13,490 nt of DNA from Candidatus Micrarchaeia archaeon (GCA_049966395.1 JBMFUT010000020.1:1-13490); one strand, 5' to 3'; counted from the stretch's first letter, positions 1 to 6,883 are shown. Notes: generated from the sequence alone by a model not told the origin. Numbers and translations: made by a program.

Positions 1-55
1 GGTTCGCTTTCATCCCACCTCTAAAGAGTGTGGGATTTCTCGCTCACATTGTTAA
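1..55 (-). mobile_element. Probable IS200/IS605-family terminal subterminal hairpin; element body would lie left of the window
   Basis: Imperfect hairpin ATCCCAC(12-18)-CTCT-AA-AGAG-T-GTGGGAT(30-36). Minus strand reads TTAAC-AATGTGAGCGAGAAATCCCACACTCTTTAGAGGTGGGATGAAAGCGAACC, resembling IS605/IS1341-type ends with an AT-rich target motif. No transposase visible in the window. Confidence 0.55.
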
Positions 56-60
56 TCTTC

Positions 61-663
61 TTAGCCTTGTATTTCAGCCACGGCGTCTTCGAACAACGAG
101 CTGATTTCGTCCATAGCCATTTCTATTGTGAGTATAGGGCTCGTTGGAATCTGAACTGATAGCACGTAATTCTTGCTCCCTGAAAAAAGCCACGAGCCGA
201 AATAATAGCTCTTGTACTGCAGTGAAAGATCGGCAGCGTAGTTTGAATGCTCGATGAGCTTGCTTATCAGGTTTTCTATCTTGTCATCGTACTGCGTTAT
301 CACTATGGACTCCTCCGCATCGGTGTCCCTGTTTATAAGCGATGGCTTTATGTATGGGAACTTGGAATCAGCTGCAACCTTACCTATGAAACCGTTTATT
401 TTTTCGTATAGCGCCTCCGCGTCTGAAAGCTGCTTAGTGAAAGTCTCTTGTTCGGTGCCCATTTTATTCATCAGGTTGTCGAAGTAGTTCTTAATGTCGT
501 CTCGCATTCCCGATATGGCGGTTGAAATGTCGGCCTTGGACTTGAATGCTTCCGGATTTGAAAGCAGATCGCTAAGCTTAATCCCGTATTTTTCAGACAC
601 TATAGAATCAAGGTCATTTATGAACCCCGCGGCGTCGTCGCTCCACTTTTCATTTTCAGCCAT
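61..663 (-). CDS. Hypothetical protein (200 aa, acidic, helical N-terminal half)
   Basis: Long ORF with protein-like composition, GTGGT upstream of the ATG and an AT-rich TATA-like tract near 690-700. No recognisable motif. Confidence 0.8.
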   Translation of the reverse strand: MAENEKWSDDAAGFINDLDSIVSEKYGIKLSDLLSNPEAFKSKADISTAISGMRDDIKNYFDNLMNKMGTEQETFTKQLSDAEALYEKINGFIGKVAADSKFPYIKPSLINRDTDAEESIVITQYDDKIENLISKLIEHSNYAADLSLQYKSYYFGSWLFSGSKNYVLSVQIPTSPILTIEMAMDEISSLFEDAVAEIQG

Positions 664-763
664 TTTACCACAATTACATATCGTTAAGCAGATTAAAATT
701 TCTTTCCACTGCGCTTCCCAAAAGCGAGAACGGCATTGCTTCAGAATATAACTGCGAAAGGCA

Positions 764-782
764 TATATAGCTTTTTTGGCAT
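764..782 (+). promoter_or_regulatory. Putative BRE/TATA promoter for tRNA-Ile
   Basis: GCGAAAGGCATATATAGC: purine-rich BRE-like stretch followed by ATATATA, about 35 nt upstream of the tRNA 5' end. Confidence 0.45.
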
Positions 783-811
783 GATATCTCTGCCGACGCG
801 ACGCGAGACAT

Positions 812-918
812 GGGCTCGTAGCTTAGCATGGTTGGAGCGCCCGACTGATATGGACTTTGCTGCATGAGCTGTGAAAGCAGCAATCGGGAGGTCGAGAGTT
901 CAAATCTCTCCGGGCCCA
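812..918 (+). tRNA. tRNA-Ile(GAT) with a 32-nt intron at canonical position 37/38 (851-882); CCA not encoded
   Basis: Acceptor GGGCTCG(812-818)/CGGGCCC(911-917), discriminator A918, D-stem GCTT/GAGC, anticodon stem CCCGA(840-844)/TCGGG(884-888), loop CT-GAT-A|A, T-arm GAGAG-TTCAAAT-CTCTC. Confidence 0.95.
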
Positions 919-1024
919 CTTGCTGCATATCGGCATCACTTTTATGTCTTTTCATTCATATATCAACGAGTAAATGCCCGATTGCAAGCAATGGTGCAAG
1001 GAACATTTTCAAAAGCGATTTGAG

Positions 1025-1918
1025 ATGCGCAGCAGCTTCTTTGCAGCACAATCTGCAATGGAATACCTGATGACTTATGGATGGGCTATTCTGATCATCG
1101 CAGTAGCGCTGGGCGCGTTATATGAACTTGGGATTTTCAGCCCTTCGGCTTTTGCCCCAAAGGCGCCTCCTGGAGCGTGCCAAGTCTTCAGGCCTGATGG
1201 GCCGTATACCACTACATTCATAAGCCTCGCCGGGTCATGCAGCGGCGAGGTGCCGCAATATGTGGCAGAAATGAATGGAAACTCTTATATAAACGGCACG
1301 CTTGCAAGCGGGTTCATACCGAATAGCCCGATATCTATAACGCTTACCGCTTGGGTGTACGATCCTTCTGGAGCAAATCTTGCCCCGATTGCTGTAGGAT
1401 CTTATTCCTATGGCTGCACGACGCATCTCTATGAGGCAGGGCTGAATTCTGTATCGACCAACACCATAAGGTATCATGGCTGCTGCTACGACTATCAGGC
1501 ATCTCCATTCAACAATGTAAATCTAGGTGATGGAAGGTGGCACTTCTTAGCACTGAGTTATTCCTATCCGGCGCAGAGGATAATTTTTATGGTTGACAAC
1601 AACACACAAATAGATCCCTGGTCGTCCGCACCGACGCTCGGGGCGCTGGCATTCTGGCTTGGCAGGGACATGTGCGACAAGTGGTATACTTCTGGTTACA
1701 TGTCAAACCTTCAGGTGTACAACACTTCTCTATCAGCAAACAGCCTTCGCGCCCTGTATCTTGAGGGCATTGGCGGCGCGCCGATACGTTTGCAAAACCT
1801 TGTTGCGTGGTGGCCGCTCAACGGCAACGCAGAGGACTACTCTGGCAACGGAAACAACGGCGCGCCAATTGGAATTACATATGTTTCGAACTGGTATTCT
1901 GGGTATACGCCGCCTTGA
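1025..1918 (+). CDS. Class III signal peptide (archaeal type IV pilin-like) protein with LamG/concanavalin A-like domain
   Basis: N-terminal AQSAMEYLMTYGWAILII hydrophobic pilin-like segment; LamG-type motifs ITLTAWV, WHFLALSY, GYMSNLQVYNTSLS, WWPLNGNAEDYSGNGNNG. Start moved from 974 to ATG 1025 to give a short leader. Confidence 0.85.
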   Translation: MRSSFFAAQSAMEYLMTYGWAILIIAVALGALYELGIFSPSAFAPKAPPGACQVFRPDGPYTTTFISLAGSCSGEVPQYVAEMNGNSYINGTLASGFIPNSPISITLTAWVYDPSGANLAPIAVGSYSYGCTTHLYEAGLNSVSTNTIRYHGCCYDYQASPFNNVNLGDGRWHFLALSYSYPAQRIIFMVDNNTQIDPWSSAPTLGALAFWLGRDMCDKWYTSGYMSNLQVYNTSLSANSLRALYLEGIGGAPIRLQNLVAWWPLNGNAEDYSGNGNNGAPIGITYVSNWYSGYTPP

Positions 1919-1961
1919 GAAAGCGTTCGAGTTTGGCGCTCACCGAGGAGTGATGCTCTTC

Positions 1962-2474
1962 TCAGACAATGCGCTCCATCTTACCGCTATCAGTATGGTA
2001 TATGACGCCAAAAACTGGCGTGCTCTTTTTTGATTCTGCTACGAGCTTCTTGATTTCGTCTATGCTGTTGCGCGTCATAAATTCAAGCGCTTGCCTTTCG
2101 CTTTTCCCCCTAAGCTGCGCTCTGAGTTCGTCTACAACGCTTCCGAGATCGCCCTTGAATTCCTCCTTAGAAAGCACGGCGTTTATCATTCCGCAAGAAG
2201 TGTGCGACATGTAAACCACGCCTTCTATTGTTGGTATGTGTTCAATCGCATACTGCAGTGTTGCCATTTCCTCCTTCGCCATTATGGCTCCGGCGTTTCT
2301 TATTACAAACAGGGTGTCCAAAGGCTGATTAAAGACTACTTCGGGGCTTACACGAGCGTCGGAACATGTGATAACAACAAATTTGGCATGCTGTCCTTTT
2401 GCGATTTTGGAGAAATCAAAGCCGCTTTCTACAAAATTCACGTTGCCTTTTTCCAATTCTTTTGGGATTTCCAT
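1962..2474 (-). CDS. Beta-class carbonic anhydrase
   Basis: Zn-ligand motifs CSDAR (CxDxR) and HTSCG (HxxC), plus LFVIRNAG and LQYAI. Confidence 0.93.
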   Translation of the reverse strand: MEIPKELEKGNVNFVESGFDFSKIAKGQHAKFVVITCSDARVSPEVVFNQPLDTLFVIRNAGAIMAKEEMATLQYAIEHIPTIEGVVYMSHTSCGMINAVLSKEEFKGDLGSVVDELRAQLRGKSERQALEFMTRNSIDEIKKLVAESKKSTPVFGVIYHTDSGKMERIV

Positions 2475-2478
2475 TATT

Positions 2479-2964
2479 TCACCTGTTTTTTCTTCCTGAT
2501 TTTTTGTTAAGTATCGCCTCGCTTATCGAGTACCTTTTTACCACCATCGACTTTACCTTGTCGACATCTGGAATTCCTTTCTCCCTTGCTATCCTCTCGG
2601 CCTGCTTGAGCTTGTTCGCGTATGCGTAGTAGGCGGTCTTGGCGGCCGCCAGAGCATCCCTTTCGTGCAAGTTTTCTGCATTGTAAGACGCACCTATGAA
2701 TTCCTTCTTTTTCTGGACGCTTATGTCCTTCGACGGGCTGAAGACAGTGCAGCCGAATATTGCCGCTACCCTGTCGACCATTGCGCTGCTGTTCTTCTTG
2801 TCAGAAGCGATTATTATAGGTATGCCTGCCTTTCTTATGTTGTCTACAAACCAGTCTATGCCTACGAACCTGCCGTATGACAGCATGACCTCCCTGCCAT
2901 CAAGATCAAGGCATGCTATCGCAGCAGTCTTCCCAGGGTCTATGCCCACTATTATATGCTGCAT
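2479..2964 (-). CDS. DUF460-like protein (predicted RNase H-like fold), short stand-alone form
   Basis: IIVGIDPGKTAAIACLDLDG, PIIIASD and HERDALAAA motifs. Start placed at ATG 2964, 4 nt after the upstream stop, instead of 3006 which overlaps the upstream gene. Confidence 0.8.
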   Translation of the reverse strand: MQHIIVGIDPGKTAAIACLDLDGREVMLSYGRFVGIDWFVDNIRKAGIPIIIASDKKNSSAMVDRVAAIFGCTVFSPSKDISVQKKKEFIGASYNAENLHERDALAAAKTAYYAYANKLKQAERIAREKGIPDVDKVKSMVVKRYSISEAILNKKSGRKNR

Positions 2965-2968
2965 GCCA

Positions 2969-4030
2969 TCATTTGCATATGGTGCTATTTGCGTAGCATA
3001 TCGCATTGAGCGTGGTCTGCGGGAGCGAAAGATACATGCAATCAGTGACCACTATGGGCGTGGAAGTTATGTTGTAGAATTTGGCTAGCAGCGCCTGCCT
3101 GTTCATCAGCGAAGTCGCGTTGGCCATGCAAGAATCAAGCAAGCTGGAGTTTATTCCTGAGAACTTGGCAAGCTGGCTTAGCGTTGCGGCGGGCACGTAG
3201 CTGTTGGAGTATATGGCATTCAAGCCGCCTACAAACCTAGAGAAGTTCCTTTGCATGCTCGCGCAGAGTATGTACTGACCTAGTGCCTGGGCATTTTGCG
3301 CACCGTACTGCGAAGCGACAATCTGCGAATAAGGCCCATAAAGCACCTTAACCGTCACGTTGAGCTTGCCGCCAAAGCGGCTTGAGAGGTTTTCAATTTC
3401 TTCGAGGCCGCTAATGCTTCCTGGCGCATAAGGGTCTATGAAAAGGTATACTTGCAGTGGATTTTGAATTTCGCATGCAAACTTTCCGGAAGCAAGAATC
3501 ACGCCCTCAGAAACCACCCTATTGCCTACTATCGATGACGGTGCTACGGTCTGCAGATAAGGCACCGCGAGGGAAAGATTGGAGTCGTACATAACCAGGC
3601 TCGCGTAAAGCTTGGCGCCAGAAACTGCGTTTAGAACAGGTATTCTCACAAGCCATTCCCTTGATGTGGGAATGTATGATATGCTCATGTTGCCCACATC
3701 AGAATAGTAAGGTAGCAGGGATAGCGAGCTGTTTATATAACCGTAGCTTGCCAGTATCCTTTCGGCCTGCGCGGCAACTTCAGATTGCGTGTGAATTGGC
3801 GATATGCAGGTGCCGTTGAGCATTCCGTAAGTGCAGTTCTCTGCAGTTGTGTTCCTTACTGATATAGGCTTTGAATAAGAAGTCACCAGGAGCACTGCGA
3901 TCAGCAGCAATACTAGTATTATAAGCGAAACGTGTATGCTGTCGAGGCCGCCAAGCCTTCCGACGCGTTTCACTATTATCTCAGGTTCCTTCCCATGTGA
4001 AGCATTTCTTGCATTCTTTCGCTTTTCCAT
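2969..4030 (-). CDS. Membrane-anchored extracellular protein with C-terminal DsbA/thioredoxin-like domain lacking CXXC
   Basis: Basic N-terminus, one TM helix (LIILVLLLIAVLLV), many N-x-S/T sequons; VYLFIDPYAPGS, YILCASMQRNF and YNITSTPIVV match the DsbA-family layout. Start reassigned to 4030 (GAGTGGT upstream) because the longer ORF runs through tRNA-Arg. Confidence 0.75.
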   Translation of the reverse strand: MEKRKNARNASHGKEPEIIVKRVGRLGGLDSIHVSLIILVLLLIAVLLVTSYSKPISVRNTTAENCTYGMLNGTCISPIHTQSEVAAQAERILASYGYINSSLSLLPYYSDVGNMSISYIPTSREWLVRIPVLNAVSGAKLYASLVMYDSNLSLAVPYLQTVAPSSIVGNRVVSEGVILASGKFACEIQNPLQVYLFIDPYAPGSISGLEEIENLSSRFGGKLNVTVKVLYGPYSQIVASQYGAQNAQALGQYILCASMQRNFSRFVGGLNAIYSNSYVPAATLSQLAKFSGINSSLLDSCMANATSLMNRQALLAKFYNITSTPIVVTDCMYLSLPQTTLNAICYANSTICK

Positions 4031-4047
4031 TTTACCACTCGACATAG

Positions 4048-4152
4048 CGGGCCCGACGGGATTTTCATCAGTAATGTTTGACAAAAACGAATTTGAACCC
4101 GTGACCATCACCTTAGGACGGTGCTGCTCTGTCCAAGCTGAGCTACGGGCCC
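4048..4152 (-). tRNA. tRNA-Arg(CCT) with a 30-nt non-canonical intron in the T-loop at 59/60 (4062-4091); CCA not encoded
   Basis: Minus strand: GGGCCCG-TA-GCTC-AGCTTGGACA-GAGC-A-GCACC-GT-CCT-AA-GGTGA-TGGTC-ACGGG-TTCAAA|intron|T-CCCGT-CGGGCCC-G. Arg identity base A20 and discriminator G present; clean bulge-helix-bulge at the splice sites. Confidence 0.95.
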
Positions 4153-4169
4153 TAAGACTAAATAGAGTT

Positions 4170-4188
4170 AAAGGTATAAATTGTTTTT
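4170..4188 (-). promoter_or_regulatory. Putative BRE/TATA promoter for tRNA-Arg and downstream genes
   Basis: Minus strand AAAAACAATTTATACC, TTTATA about 25 nt upstream of the tRNA 5' end. Confidence 0.55.
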
Positions 4189-4217
4189 GATACTGCGGAG
4201 TTGGAAATGAGCGGTAC

Positions 4218-4904
4218 TCAGAGCAGCGCTGCAAGCCATATAGTTGCGAGGGCAACCAGGGGCACTGTTATGTTGTCATAATTTGAAGGCGTGACTGCTT
4301 CTGCTATAGTGGCCAGGAAAAGCGCTACGAGTATTGCATAGATGTTTGAGTAAAGGCTTATTCCAGCCGCTGCGGCAAATACTAATGTCCCGGCCAATCC
4401 TCCAAGGAAGACTGAAATGCTGCCTTCGAAGCTTTTCTTGCCTTTGAAATAGTGGTGCTTTGAGTACTTTCCCACTATCGGAGCGATGCCATCACCGAAT
4501 GCCATCACGCTTATCGCGGTTATTCCTGCCAGCCCCTTGAACGAGAGAAATGTTATTATGATGAACATTATTGGAAAGAACAGCGTGCCATATAGCAGCT
4601 CTTTAGGATTGCCAGTCCTTGTCATGCTTACTACTGTGGGATCGTCAGGACCTTTTGCCAGCGCTGTATACGCCAGCAAAATTATCCATATGAGCGGGGT
4701 AATTGAGAAAAATTCCCTCTGGAAAGGGCCTGCAAACAGGAACCAAAATATTATGAGCCCGCCGGCCCAGAGGTGCACTATCTTCCTTGACATGTCGCGG
4801 GAAACAAGACGGCGCTTTACCATAGCGTCCATCAGGAAAACTATTACTATTGTGTATAGGAATTCAGCAACCGCCACCGCCGCATCGTATAAAAGATACG
4901 CCAT
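4218..4904 (-). CDS. CTP-dependent polyprenol/diacylglycerol kinase family membrane protein (phytol/farnesol/dolichol kinase-like)
   Basis: Multi-TM protein with SRKIVH, ELLYGTLFF, MAFGDGIAPIVGK, KKSFEGS and AE..YDNITVP motifs. Start reassigned to ATG 4904 (MAYLLYD), 14 nt after the upstream stop. Confidence 0.88.
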   Translation of the reverse strand: MAYLLYDAAVAVAEFLYTIVIVFLMDAMVKRRLVSRDMSRKIVHLWAGGLIIFWFLFAGPFQREFFSITPLIWIILLAYTALAKGPDDPTVVSMTRTGNPKELLYGTLFFPIMFIIITFLSFKGLAGITAISVMAFGDGIAPIVGKYSKHHYFKGKKSFEGSISVFLGGLAGTLVFAAAAGISLYSNIYAILVALFLATIAEAVTPSNYDNITVPLVALATIWLAALL

Positions 4905-4918
4905 AAAACCGCCAAACG

Positions 4919-5644
4919 TTAGGATATCACAGTGCCTATCTCTCCGCCGCTTATTGCCTTCGAAAGCGAGCCGTCCTTCCTCAAGTTTATTATCACGGCC
5001 TTTGTCGCAGTCAGGTGTCTTGCCTCTGAGAGCTTGTTTGCTATGCCTCCAGAAACATCGTTGACTTTCCACAAGTAGCTGCCAACGTCGTCGCCTGGAG
5101 AAACGCGCTTGATCACATTGCGATCCTTGTCATATATTCCATCTACATCTGTGCCAAAAAGCAGGAGCCGCGCCTTTGACGCGTTTGCAAGCTGCACTGC
5201 CATCCTGTCTGAAGAGACTATCGAAATGCCGTTCTTAGAGTCCGCTGGGGCGTCGCTATGCATTACTGGCAGGAATCCCATTTCGGCGAATTTCAGTATC
5301 TTCGAGGTGTCGAAATCTGAAATGGCGCCATTTGATGTAGTTATAGAAGATATAGCTGAGAAGTAGATTGCTGGAAATCCGGCATCTAAAAGAATTTTAA
5401 CAAGCTTTTGCGCAAGCTCGCTCACCTTGTATCTCAGGTAAGCCCAGTGGAGCGCGTTGCCTTCTAGCCTTGAAAGCTTGTAGTGCATGGCTATGCTGTG
5501 GCCGGTGTAGCCTGCTCCTAGAAGCAGTATGATGCTCTCGTTTTTTGGCAGCTCAGAAGCAACCCTCTTGAAAACGCCGTCTGAATAGTCCGTCCCTGTC
5601 TTCTTGTCGCTGAAGGCCGAGCCGCCAACCTTTATTATTATCAT
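4919..5644 (-). CDS. ipk: Isopentenyl phosphate kinase-like protein (amino acid kinase family)
   Basis: IIKVGGSAFSDK, GAGYTGH (IPK-diagnostic His), PVMHSD, IVSSD, GTDVDGIY, DVSGGIANKL, terminal IGTVI. TATA-like TTTTTAA about 30 nt upstream. Confidence 0.82.
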   Translation of the reverse strand: MIIIKVGGSAFSDKKTGTDYSDGVFKRVASELPKNESIILLLGAGYTGHSIAMHYKLSRLEGNALHWAYLRYKVSELAQKLVKILLDAGFPAIYFSAISSITTSNGAISDFDTSKILKFAEMGFLPVMHSDAPADSKNGISIVSSDRMAVQLANASKARLLLFGTDVDGIYDKDRNVIKRVSPGDDVGSYLWKVNDVSGGIANKLSEARHLTATKAVIINLRKDGSLSKAISGGEIGTVIS

Positions 5645-5720
5645 TCAACCTATTCGATTGCACAAGCAAGTCTTAAAAATTTTGCACCATAATCGCCAAA
5701 TGCCACGCGGCGCTGTGCAG

Positions 5721-6803
5721 TCATCTTGTAATCTGGTAGCTTTTCACTTTCTCGTAAAGCTCCTTGGCCTCGGTATTTTTCTCGAAGTGCTCTCGTATTG
5801 GCTTCACCTCTTTCTCTATGCCCTCCGCCACGAAGTTCTTCAGATCAGCAGGATGCAATTTGCCCTCTTTGTAGTAATTCAGAAGCTCGTTGAAATTCTT
5901 CAACTCTATGTCGCCTCCGAATTTCTGCGGTCTCGCGATTGTGATTGGCGCATTCTTGTCGTCTATTATTATCTTCTCGGCGTAATCTATCATCGGGTTG
6001 CCGTCAGTTATTCTCTCAGGGCAATATGCGCCGTTGATCTTTTGCCTTATCTGGTCGAATGTATCGTGAACGAATATGGAATTCTTTGGATCTGACTTGG
6101 ACATCTTGTACTGCATCAGCGTGGACTCGTCGCCAGACTTGAGATCAGGTGGCATGCCCCTTAATCCTATCAGCAGCGGATGGCTCACTATCACTGGGAC
6201 TTTCCATCCGAATTTCACAGCCACTTCCCTTGCAAGTATGTTTGCCTTCCTCTGATCTATGCCTAGCTGGCATATGTCTATGCCCATCTGGAAAATGTCA
6301 GTAACTTGCATTATGGGGTAGAATATCTGCCCCGCAGAGACCTTCTCGCCCTCCTTCCTGCCCATTATGGTTATGGCTCTCTTTGCCCTGTCGAGCGAGA
6401 CGACGCGGCCGACCTTCATGAAGCGCTCCCAGTACGAAGTGTCACTGATTAGATCCTTGCTCCATATGATCTCTACTTTGCTCGTGTCTATGCCAGCAGC
6501 CTTCCATACTTCAACGAAATACTTTCCCACATTTCTTATGCTCTCTATGTCGCCTCCCATCTTGTTGTTAAGGTATGCAAAATAGTCTGCAAGATAGAGC
6601 TTGAAGTGAATGCCTATGCCTAGCATCTTTTTTATTATCTTTGCCCTGTATACCCCGAAGTGCACAGGCGCTATGCCTGAGGGCTCGAAACCGTCGTAGG
6701 CAACCGGGTGCTCGTTAGAGGAGAACACTTCCCTTAGCTCGTCCTCTGTTACTATCTCGGCTGCAAAGCTCTTTACTACGCCTATTTTGGTTTCGACGTC
6801 CAT
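5721..6803 (-). CDS. tyrS: Tyrosine--tRNA ligase (archaeal/eukaryotic type)
   Basis: AYDGFEPSG, YPIMQVTDIF, QLGIDQRK, KMSKSDP, AYCP and LHPADLK motifs. Confidence 0.96.
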   Translation of the reverse strand: MDVETKIGVVKSFAAEIVTEDELREVFSSNEHPVAYDGFEPSGIAPVHFGVYRAKIIKKMLGIGIHFKLYLADYFAYLNNKMGGDIESIRNVGKYFVEVWKAAGIDTSKVEIIWSKDLISDTSYWERFMKVGRVVSLDRAKRAITIMGRKEGEKVSAGQIFYPIMQVTDIFQMGIDICQLGIDQRKANILAREVAVKFGWKVPVIVSHPLLIGLRGMPPDLKSGDESTLMQYKMSKSDPKNSIFVHDTFDQIRQKINGAYCPERITDGNPMIDYAEKIIIDDKNAPITIARPQKFGGDIELKNFNELLNYYKEGKLHPADLKNFVAEGIEKEVKPIREHFEKNTEAKELYEKVKSYQITR

Positions 6804-6827
6804 TGAATCGTGTGTATGTTGCTTTGA

Positions 6828-6846
6828 AAACTTTAAATTCTTTGCC
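6828..6846 (-). promoter_or_regulatory. Putative BRE/TATA promoter of tyrS (probably leaderless or short leader)
   Basis: Minus strand GGCAAAAGAATTTAAAG, TTTAAA at 6832-6837, about 30 nt upstream of the ATG. Confidence 0.5.
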
Positions 6847-6883
6847 TACAAATGCAGAATAAATTGAGACTGCACAAAGCGGC

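Noticed and set aside
674..1070. ORFs 674..955 (-) and 864..1070 (+), and the 974 start of the LamG gene
   Set aside because: The short ORFs overlap tRNA-Ile and have no recognisable motifs; the 974 start gives an implausible leader before the pilin motif.
1025..1918. LamG gene as a diversity-generating retroelement target
   Set aside because: No reverse transcriptase and no template/variable repeat pair with adenine-specific mismatches seen in the window.
1917..1963. Self-complementary segment containing GTTCGA after the LamG TGA stop (tRNA fragment, att site or SECIS?)
   Set aside because: No cloverleaf, no match to the tRNA-Ile 3' end, and the protein ends at a natural-looking C-terminus; at most a terminator-like fold between convergent genes.
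4031..4255. N-terminal extension of ORF 2969..4255
   Set aside because: Runs through tRNA-Arg and its promoter and overlaps the kinase gene; ATG 4030 has a plausible ribosome-binding site.
4905..5072. N-terminal extension of ORF 4218..5072, or a frameshift fusion with ipk
   Set aside because: ipk has an intact family-typical C-terminus and the kinase has its own ATG at 4904; no slippery site noticed.
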